Source: a virus (Duplodnaviria > Caudoviricetes). From it: 56,849 nt of DNA. The notes beneath the pieces are model-generated. The model did not search any database. It was not told where the DNA came from and saw only the letters and a list, made by a program, of their open reading frames with translations. The translations under genes and the position numbers were made by a program. Of this stretch, positions 1 to 7,944 are shown piece after piece (the stretch's first letter is position 1; each line of letters starts with the position of its first letter). The DNA lies in IMG/VR virus record IMGVR_UViG_3300019871_000001, positions 1-56,849 of that record; one strand, given 5' to 3'.

Positions 1-70
1 AGCGGCATCGAGTTTCGGTACGGGATAAAAAGTTTTTTTGAGTTTCGAGGAACGCATTTAGTATAAGAGC

Positions 71-205
71 ATGAATCATATTCCATGTAGGTTGCAAATC
101 CACCTCAACTGTCAGAAGGTTGGTTTGGTGGTTGTCGTTGTCAAGGGTTATGGAACCCACGCCTGTCCGCCATGTAAGCGACGTTACCTTGAACGAAAGA
201 AATAG
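71..205 (+). CDS. small Cys-containing hypothetical protein (44 aa)
   Basis: ATG at 71 to TAG at 203-205; MNHIPCRLQIHLNC...HACPPCKRR; below the ORF-track cutoff. Confidence 0.4.
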   Translation: MNHIPCRLQIHLNCQKVGLVVVVVKGYGTHACPPCKRRYLERKK

Positions 206-280
206 CCGTACACTGTACGGGATTTCACTCAATCTCATGTAGCATGACTCTGTGAGACAGGCTCTCAACTAGGAGGAATC

Positions 281-724
281 ATGCCGGGTCCGGTACCCAA
301 GCGCGAGGATGAGCGCATTCGACGTAACTCTGACGTCGTTCCTACAGAAAAGATCGAGGCGTTCGGTGATGTCATCGTTCCACCTCTAGATCTCCCTTTC
401 GAGCCACATCCAATGGTCATTGATTTTTACGACTCGTTGGTTCTATCGGCGTACTCTAAGTATTACGAGCCAAGTGACTGGCAACATGCACGTTTGACGT
501 GTTTCATCATGCATACCATCGTCACAGCTACTAAGCCTTCATCAGAAATGTACAAGGCGTTGCAGACTGCTATGAGTAATATGCTCGTTACTGAGGGTGA
601 TCGTCGCCGTCTTCGTATCGAGATTGCCCGCGAGGCTGAGAAGCCTCAGGATGATGAGATGGCGAAGGTTGTTGACATGTTCAGGGAGCGTATGGCATCT
701 GCTGAAGCCGCAAAGGCTCAGTAA
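281..724 (+). CDS. terminase small subunit (L5 gp5-like)
   Basis: GPVPKREDERIRRN, YYEPSDWQ and TEGDRRRLRIE resemble L5 gp5; AGGAGG RBS; lies upstream of the large terminase. Confidence 0.8.
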   Translation: MPGPVPKREDERIRRNSDVVPTEKIEAFGDVIVPPLDLPFEPHPMVIDFYDSLVLSAYSKYYEPSDWQHARLTCFIMHTIVTATKPSSEMYKALQTAMSNMLVTEGDRRRLRIEIAREAEKPQDDEMAKVVDMFRERMASAEAAKAQ

Positions 725-725
725 C

Positions 726-1007
726 ATGGTGTGGTCTAGCAGTGACAGAGGGTCACGCCTCCCTAAGACGTGGTTTTCGCATATCAGGCCAGACATCCTG
801 AAGCGCGACCCCTCATGCAAACTACAGTACCCCATGTGCACCCGTGTGTCAACTCAAGTCGACCACATTAAACATGGGGACGATCACTCATATCAAAATT
901 TGCAGGGTGTTTGCGCGCCTTGCCACGCTCACAAGTCGGCTAAAGAAGGTCGACAGACTCAACTGACCAGGCGTCAGCGACGTTTACTTCCCCCGGAGAG
1001 ACAGTAA
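726..1007 (+). CDS. terminase-associated HNH endonuclease
   Basis: RDPSC...VDHI...NLQGVCAPCHAHKS HNH motif; likely start ATG 726, between terS and terL. Confidence 0.85.
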   Translation: MVWSSSDRGSRLPKTWFSHIRPDILKRDPSCKLQYPMCTRVSTQVDHIKHGDDHSYQNLQGVCAPCHAHKSAKEGRQTQLTRRQRRLLPPERQ

Positions 1008-1008
1008 C

Positions 1009-2634
1009 GTGACAATCACAGACGACCGCGTCCATGCATTGGGCGACGCTCTAACACAGAGCACACTTCCCCTTGGACTACCCGAACACTCGTTGGGGTG
1101 GTTCATTTTGGCGTGGTCGTTTCGTTACCTATCTCAGCCTGATGGACCTGACGCTGGTGAAAGTTTTATGTTCACTGACGAACAGGTCCGTCTTATTTTG
1201 TGGTGGTATGCGGTAGATGAGAAGGGGCGCTTCCTATTCAACAGTGGTGTTGTTAGGAGGATGAAGGGGTGGGGCAAGGACCCTTTCGCCGCCGCACTTT
1301 GCCTTATCGAACTTTGCGCACCCACAGCATTCTCTCATTTCGACGCGGCAGGGATGCCTGTGGGTAAGCCACAACCCGCGCCATGGATTCAGGTCGCAGC
1401 CGTATCGCGTGATCAGACACGAAACACTTTCACGTTGTTCCCTACAATGTGTTCTCGCTTGTTGGTTGAGACGTACGGTCTCGACATCAACAAGGAAATC
1501 ATCCATAAGAAGGGTGGAGGGCGCATTGAAGCTGTGACATCCTCACCGAAGTCTCTTGAGGGCGGTCGTTCTCACTTCGTAGTGATGAATGAGACGCAGT
1601 TTTGGTTGGAGAACAACAATGGTCATGAGATGGCTGGTGCGATTCAGGGTAACGTTGCTAAGGGCCGTGGTGGCAGTTTTCGTAGGTTGAGTATTTGCAA
1701 CGCGCATCGTCCTGGTGAAGAGAGCATTGCTGAACAGGATTACGAGGCGTTCGAGAAGATTGTTGGTGGGGAGTCGAACTTCACGAAGTTCTTCTACGAT
1801 GCACTTGAGGCACCCGCAGATACGGACTTTAACATTGCGGAGTCATTGCGTCACGGTGTGTCAGTGGCCCGTGGGGATAGTACATGGCTTGATGTCGATC
1901 GTTTGGTGGAGGAGATTCGTGACCCTCGTACAATTCGTAGCGAGGCGCGTCGTAAGTACCTCAACCAAATCGTCGCCGCAGAAGATGCATGGCTGACACC
2001 GTGGGAGTGGGATGCTATCGAGGACAAGTATTTGTCGTTGCGTAAGGGCGATATGATCACCCTTGGGTTCGATGGGTCTCGTGGGCAGGACCACACGGCA
2101 CTTTGCGCATGTCGTGTGGAAGATGGAAGCATCTTTTTGTTGAATGCGTGGAACCCTAAGTCGTACCCTAGCGGTAAGATTCCTACTGTGGAAGTTGATA
2201 AGGCCGTTAGGATGGCGTTTGCTACATTCGATGTAGTGTCATTCCGTGCGGATGTGAAGGAATTTGAGTCGTACATTGACAAGTGGAGTGCTGATTTTAG
2301 GAAGCAATTGGTTGTGAAGGCATCCCCAGGTAATTTGATTGCATACGATATGCGATCGAAGGGTAAGCGTGACTTCCTTATTGATTGTGAGCACTTTGAG
2401 AACGCTGTGTTGGATGGCTTGATTCGTCACGATGGCAATAGGGTGTTGAGGCAGCACGTGCTGAATGCGCGTCGTCGCCCTAGTGATACGTACGACATGA
2501 TCGGTATCGGTAAGGAGTCGAAGGATTCCGCGCGTAAGATCGATGCCGCCGTCACAGCAGTCCTTGCGTTCGGTGCGAGGCAAGAATACTTGATGACTAA
2601 GCACAATCGCAAGAAGACTTTGGAGATTTTGTAA
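1009..2634 (+). CDS. terminase large subunit
   Basis: Walker A-like RRMKGWGKDP, VMNETQ Walker B, LGFDGS nuclease motif, KIDAAV. Confidence 0.95.
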   Translation: MTITDDRVHALGDALTQSTLPLGLPEHSLGWFILAWSFRYLSQPDGPDAGESFMFTDEQVRLILWWYAVDEKGRFLFNSGVVRRMKGWGKDPFAAALCLIELCAPTAFSHFDAAGMPVGKPQPAPWIQVAAVSRDQTRNTFTLFPTMCSRLLVETYGLDINKEIIHKKGGGRIEAVTSSPKSLEGGRSHFVVMNETQFWLENNNGHEMAGAIQGNVAKGRGGSFRRLSICNAHRPGEESIAEQDYEAFEKIVGGESNFTKFFYDALEAPADTDFNIAESLRHGVSVARGDSTWLDVDRLVEEIRDPRTIRSEARRKYLNQIVAAEDAWLTPWEWDAIEDKYLSLRKGDMITLGFDGSRGQDHTALCACRVEDGSIFLLNAWNPKSYPSGKIPTVEVDKAVRMAFATFDVVSFRADVKEFESYIDKWSADFRKQLVVKASPGNLIAYDMRSKGKRDFLIDCEHFENAVLDGLIRHDGNRVLRQHVLNARRRPSDTYDMIGIGKESKDSARKIDAAVTAVLAFGARQEYLMTKHNRKKTLEIL

Positions 2635-4100
2635 TGGCAACTATCGCTGAGATCATTGAAGATGCTCGCGACAACCTTGGGCGTGATCGCAATCGCTTGA
2701 TTGAGGATTCTGCGTATTACGAGGCTGAGGTTATGTTGGAGCGCAAGGGCCACGTAATCCCTGTTGAGTTCAGGGATATGCGTGCTGCTATCGGGTGGTC
2801 GCGCCTGTACCTTGATTCGTTGGTTGAGCGCATCCAAATCGATGGTTTTAGGAACCCTAACACCACTGAGGCTGACCCACGTCTTCAGCAGTGGTGGAAG
2901 GCTAACGATCTCGATCAGGAAGCGCCCGTTTCATTTTTGGAGACATTCATCCATGGCCGTGCGTTCATTAGTGTGAGCGCCCCCACAGATGAAGACATCC
3001 TACTTGGGCATCCCGCAGACGCCCCGATGATTCGTGTTGAGAGTCCTCAGCACATGTGGGTTGATATCGATAAGAGGACGAAGCGCGTCAATAGCGCTGT
3101 GCGTTTCTATCACAACCCTAACACGTTCGAGGACCAGAGCGACGACCAGCAGTATACCGTATACCTTCCTGACCGCACTGAGTACATGAAGGATGGCAGG
3201 AATGGTACGTACGTTCGTGTAGAAGAGCCTACTGTTCACAACTTGGGCATTGTACCTATCGTTCCCTCACTAAATCGTGAGCGTGTCAGTGACAGGTCTG
3301 GACGTAGCGAGATTATGCCTGAGTTGCGCTCGGCACAGGACATTGCTACACGTATTGTGTTGAACATGCAGACAGCCGCAGATTTGATGGCTGTTCCTCA
3401 GCGTCTGTTGTTCGGTGTTGAGAAGGAAGCAATCATCCAGAACCAGGATGCTAACGCACAGTACAAGGCGTACATGGCGGGGATTTTGGCGTTCGGCGAT
3501 GAGAACGCTAGTGCTACACAGTTCAGCGCCGCAGAGCTTTCAAACTACACTGGTGTGTTGCAGGAGATCAGTAAGATCGTTGCATCGTACACAGGCTTGC
3601 CACCACAGTACCTCTCATTCTCATCTCAGGTCCCTGCGAGTGCTGAAGCGATTCGTAGCGCCGAGTCACGCTTGGTTAAGAAGTGTGAGTTGAAGGGTTC
3701 GATGTTTGGGAACGTTTGGGAGCGTGTCATGAAGCTGGGCGCTTTGGTGATGGATGGTGCAGTTGATGAGTCGTTGGCACGTATTGAAGCAATCATCTCT
3801 GACCCTTCCACTCCTACATACGCCGCTAAGGCCGATGCTGCCATGAAGTTGACAGGCGGTAAGGCAATCATCCCTGTGGAGCAGGCCCGTATTGACATGG
3901 GTTACACTCCTGAGCAGAGGGAGAACATGCGCTTGATGGATGTTGAGGAGAACGCGGAGTACGCAGCCGCTCTACTTGGCACTCCAAGTTCACGTTTCCC
4001 ACTTACCACAACTACAGCCATTAAGGCTGTTGACCCTACAATTCAAGCACCCACCAATAACACAGGTGGGGGATTTAACAACGATGGAGGCGCGCAGTAA
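2634..4100 (+). CDS. portal protein
   Basis: 488 aa after terL; WWKANDLD, GRSEIMPEL, PASAEAIRSAESRLVKKCE typical of L5 gp14-like portals. Confidence 0.93.
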   Translation: MATIAEIIEDARDNLGRDRNRLIEDSAYYEAEVMLERKGHVIPVEFRDMRAAIGWSRLYLDSLVERIQIDGFRNPNTTEADPRLQQWWKANDLDQEAPVSFLETFIHGRAFISVSAPTDEDILLGHPADAPMIRVESPQHMWVDIDKRTKRVNSAVRFYHNPNTFEDQSDDQQYTVYLPDRTEYMKDGRNGTYVRVEEPTVHNLGIVPIVPSLNRERVSDRSGRSEIMPELRSAQDIATRIVLNMQTAADLMAVPQRLLFGVEKEAIIQNQDANAQYKAYMAGILAFGDENASATQFSAAELSNYTGVLQEISKIVASYTGLPPQYLSFSSQVPASAEAIRSAESRLVKKCELKGSMFGNVWERVMKLGALVMDGAVDESLARIEAIISDPSTPTYAAKADAAMKLTGGKAIIPVEQARIDMGYTPEQRENMRLMDVEENAEYAAALLGTPSSRFPLTTTTAIKAVDPTIQAPTNNTGGGFNNDGGAQ

Positions 4101-4276
4101 TGACCGAGCAGCTTGATTTGTTTGAAGTATATGATGACAATCGTGCACACGAACTTAGTAAGGATTGTTGGTGTGCTCCTGAGGTTGTTGGTGTTGTAGT
4201 GGGAGACATTGAGGACTTTGACCTTGGGGAGGCGTGCAGCATCGACGCACAGGAAGAGTGCGAATCATGCCAGTAA
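4100..4276 (+). CDS. small acidic hypothetical protein (58 aa)
   Basis: ATG overlaps portal TAA; HELSKDCWCAPEV motif. Confidence 0.5.
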   Translation: MTEQLDLFEVYDDNRAHELSKDCWCAPEVVGVVVGDIEDFDLGEACSIDAQEECESCQ

Positions 4277-4542
4277 AGTATTTCATCGATCGTGTCTTCC
4301 CTCGCGGTTTGGTGCAGTGGAGTGGTAGTAATTTCGAGGAAATTCGTGGGTTTGTGTACTACGAGATCAACATCATCATCGAAGATGACGGTTCGCTAAC
4401 GTTGCAGCGTGGAGCGCAAATGCCCTCTACATGTATGGTAGGTTGGTGGGTTGACTCTGGTGGTACTGTGGTGAGTGGTGTGACGGACAAGCAAGAGGTT
4501 CCATCGGCCTCTGTAGACCTGTTGACAACGCCGACCCCGTAA
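4267..4542 (+). CDS. hypothetical protein, similar to N-terminus of 5184..5720
   Basis: VQWSGSN...DGSL...WW pattern shared with the 5184 ORF. Confidence 0.6.
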   Translation: MPVKYFIDRVFPRGLVQWSGSNFEEIRGFVYYEINIIIEDDGSLTLQRGAQMPSTCMVGWWVDSGGTVVSGVTDKQEVPSASVDLLTTPTP

Positions 4543-4550
4543 TGTAGAGT
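4522..4550 (+). promoter_or_regulatory. sigmaA-type promoter for tRNA array 1
   Basis: TTGACA-17nt-TAGAGT just before tRNA-Trp. Confidence 0.7.
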
Positions 4551-4556
4551 ATGGGT

Positions 4557-4631
4557 ATGTCCTTGGTGTAATGGGAGCATAGCGGTCTCCAAAACCGTTA
4601 GGTGTGGGTTCGAATCCCGCAGGGCGTGCCA
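4557..4631 (+). tRNA. trnW: tRNA-Trp(CCA)
   Basis: Cloverleaf; anticodon arm GCGGT-CTCCAAA-ACCGT, T-loop TTCGAAT, encoded CCA. Confidence 0.92.
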
Positions 4632-4633
4632 AC

Positions 4634-4663
4634 TTGACAACTACATCCGACATGTGGTACACT
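4634..4663 (+). promoter_or_regulatory. second sigmaA-type promoter in tRNA array 1
   Basis: TTGACA-18nt-TACACT. Confidence 0.65.
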
Positions 4664-4728
4664 CCGTATGTCGAGTTTGAAGGTCTGTAAGGGCGTACAT
4701 GTTCGTCCTGTAAAACTAACATGTTGGT

Positions 4729-4800
4729 GGTCCCATAGTATAATGGTGAGTACGCTAGGTTCTCAACCTATGGGTCGGGGTTCAATTCCCCGTGGGACTG
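4729..4800 (+). tRNA. trnE: tRNA-Glu(CTC)
   Basis: Acceptor GGTCCCA/TGGGACT; loop TTCTCAA; T-arm CGGGG-TTCAATT-CCCCG. Confidence 0.88.
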
Positions 4801-4917
4801 CATTTCGCGCTTTAAAGCACCCCAACAAAGCGCGTGGTTGTTTCGCCGTTTCACAGCTGGAAGAGATGGCGTGGTTTTGCTAGGGTTCGCCATATACATC
4901 GAATGGAATGGCGCGGT

Positions 4918-4989
4918 GCTCTCATCGTATAACGGTGATTACGTGGCCTTGTCAAGGCTAATATCGGAGTTCAACTCTCCGTGGGAGCG
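4918..4989 (+). tRNA. trnD: tRNA-Asp(GTC)
   Basis: Acceptor GCTCTCA/TGGGAGC; arm TGGCC-TTGTCAA-GGCTA. Confidence 0.88.
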
Positions 4990-4993
4990 CTCA

Positions 4994-5056
4994 CTGTACA
5001 CGGCCGTCCCGTCGCATTCGTGCGGAAGTTCGCTACCTCAGGTCGGTCGTGTACAG
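4994..5056 (+). ncRNA. candidate structured small RNA between tRNA-Asp and tRNA-Met
   Basis: 13-bp closing stem CTGTACACGGCCG/CGGTCGTGTACAG enclosing a CGCA-TTCG-TGCG hairpin. Confidence 0.5.
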
Positions 5057-5062
5057 CGTTGA

Positions 5063-5134
5063 TGCGCTATGGTGTAAAGGTAACATGCAGGTCTCATAAG
5101 CCTGAAGCTCTCAGTTCGATTCTGAGTGGCGCTA
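5063..5134 (+). tRNA. trnM: tRNA-Met(CAT)
   Basis: Arm CAGGT-CTCATAA-GCCTG; T-arm CTCAG-TTCGATT-CTGAG; 1:72 mismatch. Confidence 0.88.
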
Positions 5135-5183
5135 CTTGCTTGGGTGCGTACGTACCTGAGAGAACAAAATATAGGAGCGAGAC

Positions 5184-5720
5184 GTGGCAACGTTCACACA
5201 GCGTCCATCAACATTTTACGCAGTGCAGTGGGATGGAACCAACATTGTTGACTTCCAGAACACATTTCCTTGGATGACTTTTATTGCTAATGTTGATGGT
5301 ACGTTGGATACGGGATCGTTTCATCTCCCGTTGACGTGGTGGATGTATGCTGCTGGCAATGTTGCTAGTGATGTCACGTTCCAGAGCATGTTCCAAAGCC
5401 TCGCAGGCGGGGAAGGGTATGCTTTTGCTTCACAGCTTGACATTCCTGAGCGCAGGGTGAAGAATGTTCCTCTCCCAGCGTTTGGGTTGTTGAACCTAAA
5501 GCAAACTCTTACATGCACGTTTGACACTCCAATGCCAAGCGCTGCGTATGAGGTTGCGATTTGCTTCGAAGGTAACGCTTCGTTGGTAGGGGCCCTAAAT
5601 CCACCTATGGTGATTGCAGGGTCGAAGACTTCCACAGGTTTTCAGTTTGCTGTGTCGTCTCTCGTGATTTTGGCGTTCGGGTCGATTAATGCGCGCTGCT
5701 CTGTGGTGGAAACTCCATAA
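5184..5720 (+). CDS. hypothetical protein, possibly a virion accessory
   Basis: GTG start after AGGAG; AVQWDGTN N-domain; beta-rich C-domain (TFDTPMP..YEV..STGF). Confidence 0.65.
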   Translation: MATFTQRPSTFYAVQWDGTNIVDFQNTFPWMTFIANVDGTLDTGSFHLPLTWWMYAAGNVASDVTFQSMFQSLAGGEGYAFASQLDIPERRVKNVPLPAFGLLNLKQTLTCTFDTPMPSAAYEVAICFEGNASLVGALNPPMVIAGSKTSTGFQFAVSSLVILAFGSINARCSVVETP

Positions 5721-5730
5721 CTAAATCTAT

Positions 5731-5802
5731 TGGCGTGTGGTGTAACGGTAACACGAGACCCTGTTAAGGTCCAAGCTCTAGGTTCGAATCCTGGCATGTC
5801 AG
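5731..5802 (+). tRNA. trnN: tRNA-Asn(GTT)
   Basis: Acceptor TGGCGTG/CATGTCA; loop CTGTTAA; T-loop TTCGAAT. Confidence 0.88.
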
Positions 5803-5803
5803 C

Positions 5804-5878
5804 GTTGTGCGTAGCTCAATGGTAGAGCACTGGACTGTGACTCCGGTGATGAGGGTTCGATTCCCTTCGTGCACCCCA
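5804..5878 (+). tRNA. trnH: tRNA-His(GTG)
   Basis: Loop CTGTGAC; G-1:C73; encoded CCA. Confidence 0.9.
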
Positions 5879-5953
5879 CGCGTATGAGCTAGTCTGGTTG
5901 ACTAAGGGAACCTGATAAGTTCCTTGCGCAAGGTTCGATCCCTTGATACGCGA
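5879..5953 (+). tRNA. trnI: tRNA-Ile(GAT)
   Basis: Acceptor CGCGTAT/ATACGCG; arm GGAAC-CTGATAA-GTTCC. Confidence 0.88.
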
Positions 5954-6020
5954 CTGGTGACAATAGCGCGCAACGATAGGCCAGTAAAAGAGCCGACAAT
6001 AGCGGGTGACGATAGCCTGC

Positions 6021-6091
6021 GCTTGGTTAGTATAATGGAAGTGCATCTGGCCTACACCCAGATGGCGGGGGTTCGATTCCCTCACCGAGCA
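6021..6091 (+). tRNA. trnV: tRNA-Val(TAC)
   Basis: Acceptor GCTTGGT/ACCGAGC; arm TCTGG-CCTACAC-CCAGA (C33 instead of U33). Confidence 0.85.
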
Positions 6092-6092
6092 C

Positions 6093-6317
6093 ATGGATAA
6101 CCAACACAAGAAGATCGACGGCTACCGTGATTTCGATCAGGAGACCGTTGACGCAATTAATTACATCAAGTCACTAGAGCGCGATGTTGCGTCTTATTGG
6201 AACATCGTTGGCAATGGTGACGTCGATAAGCGTGAACTGGCATTGGCTAAGACACACTTTGAAGATGCATTCATGCACTTCGTTAAGGCTGTTGCTAAGC
6301 CTGTGACGCCATGGTAA
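6093..6317 (+). CDS. acb2: Acb2-family cyclic-oligonucleotide sponge (anti-CBASS)
   Basis: MDNQHKKIDGYRDFDQETVDAIN..IK...RELALAKTHFEDAFMHFVKAVAKP matches the Acb2 pattern I recall (MDNQHKKIKGYRDL...RWLAIGKT...AIAQP). Confidence 0.85.
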   Translation: MDNQHKKIDGYRDFDQETVDAINYIKSLERDVASYWNIVGNGDVDKRELALAKTHFEDAFMHFVKAVAKPVTPW

Positions 6318-6327
6318 GATGTTTTAT

Positions 6328-6400
6328 GGGGATTTAGCTCATCAGGTAGAGCACTTGCCTTGCAAGCAAGAGGCGTCGGGTTCGAGTCCCGAATTCTCCA
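6328..6400 (+). tRNA. trnA: tRNA-Ala(TGC)
   Basis: GGGGATT start; arm CTTGC-CTTGCAA-GCAAG; T-loop TTCGAGT. Confidence 0.92.
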
Positions 6401-6410
6401 CGTTACACAA

Positions 6411-6484
6411 CAGGCTGTAGCTCAGTTTGGTAGAGTAGTCGCTTTGGAAGCGAGCGGTCGGAGGTTCAAATCCTCCCAGCCTGA
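6411..6484 (+). tRNA. trnP: tRNA-Pro(TGG)
   Basis: Acceptor CAGGCTG/CAGCCTG; loop TTTGGAA; T-loop TTCAAAT. Confidence 0.92.
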
Positions 6485-6498
6485 CTTTAGGAACACAA

Positions 6499-7326
6499 AT
6501 GGATGTAAACGAATACGCAAGGCGTAAGCAAACGATCCTCAATCGCATGATTGCGGGTCTTGTTTACGTCTTTCGTCAGTTTCTCACCCCTTTCTTGACG
6601 CGTCGATCGTGGTTTGATTTCATGCGTGTTATGTACCGCGTGATCAAGCAATACCGTGATGAAGCTACAGAGTTGGCACGTGAGTTTTATGATGACAATC
6701 GTGCCGAGCAACTCCCCGATGAGCCGCGCCATGACATCTTCAAGGACGATCATTACCCTGAAGAGTGGTTGCGTGAGACCATGGAGCCAGTGTACCAGAA
6801 TCTTCAGAAGACTGGCAATATTGAGGGTGCTGTACAGGATACGACGAATCGTGCGGTGAAGGTTGTTGAGGATAGCGCTAGGCGCACTATCCTACGTGGC
6901 CTTGACACCGACACCTCTCAGCCCATTCGCGGCTTTGCGCGTTTTGATCCTCGCCCTCCTACATGCGCGTTCTGCACAATGATGATTTCGCGTGGTCCTG
7001 TGTACGCACACGACACCGCAGGGTTCTCAGGTTCGAAGGAATCTGCCGCATCGTTGTGGCGCGACAATGACACCGATGCGATGAATGAGTTGATGAATCG
7101 CTGGCACCCAGGTTGTACATGCATCGCCGTTCCTGTGTACAAACTCTCAGGATACCCCACAGAGCGTCAGGAAGAAGAGGCACTGAAGATTTACATTGCG
7201 GCACGTAAGCGAGCGCAACGTAAGGGCGATGTTTCCTTTAAGGCAATTTTGAAGGAAATGCGTAAGGACCTTTACAACCCTTCCACAGAGGAAGATGAGA
7301 CAACTCTTACACGAAGTGTTGCTTAA
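6499..7326 (+). CDS. capsid maturation protease / MuF-like protein (L5 gp15-like)
   Basis: CAFCTMMISRGPVY and WHPGCTCIAVPV motifs; lies before the scaffold. Confidence 0.8.
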   Translation: MDVNEYARRKQTILNRMIAGLVYVFRQFLTPFLTRRSWFDFMRVMYRVIKQYRDEATELAREFYDDNRAEQLPDEPRHDIFKDDHYPEEWLRETMEPVYQNLQKTGNIEGAVQDTTNRAVKVVEDSARRTILRGLDTDTSQPIRGFARFDPRPPTCAFCTMMISRGPVYAHDTAGFSGSKESAASLWRDNDTDAMNELMNRWHPGCTCIAVPVYKLSGYPTERQEEEALKIYIAARKRAQRKGDVSFKAILKEMRKDLYNPSTEEDETTLTRSVA

Positions 7327-7384
7327 TGTAGCATGGGTGTGACACAGGCGAGTCTGGTACTTGCTCATTACCCAGGAGGTAACA

Positions 7385-7924
7385 ATGGCTGACAACACTA
7401 ATGCTTCTGACGCTACGGCTACAGGGGATGGTGATAAGGCCAGTGGAAGCGCAGCAACGACAGACGCAGCGGAAGCTACGAAGGTTGCTGAGTTGCCAAA
7501 GTGGGCACAGGATGAATTGTCTCGTGCTCGAAATGATGCGGCGTCATATCGCGCCCGCCTAAAGGACGCTAAGTCTGAGGTGGAGGCAGATGTGCGCAAG
7601 GGATTCGAAGACAAGCTACTCGCTGCTCAGAATGAAAAGACTGAGTTGCAAAACAAGCTTACGGATTCGCAGCTTTTCGGTCTTAAGATCGACGCGGCTC
7701 TTGCAGTTGGTGTTCCTGGCGATCACCTGAAGGCGTTTGCAGATCGCCTACGCGGAGATACGTTCGACGATATTAAGAAGGACGCTGAGACGATTAAGCA
7801 GACGTTCGGTGTTGGCGCTACAGGGCGTGCAACTGACCGTACGGCTGGACTCGGAAATGACAAGCCTTCTACTCCTGACGACGCTCTTGGTGGTTTCATT
7901 GGCCAGAAGCTTGGTTGGAAGTAA
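7385..7924 (+). CDS. scaffolding protein
   Basis: GGAGG RBS; LPKWAQDELSRARNDAASYR coiled coil; precedes the major capsid gene. Confidence 0.85.
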   Translation: MADNTNASDATATGDGDKASGSAATTDAAEATKVAELPKWAQDELSRARNDAASYRARLKDAKSEVEADVRKGFEDKLLAAQNEKTELQNKLTDSQLFGLKIDAALAVGVPGDHLKAFADRLRGDTFDDIKKDAETIKQTFGVGATGRATDRTAGLGNDKPSTPDDALGGFIGQKLGWK

Positions 7925-7944
7925 GTACAGAATAGGACTTTTAA

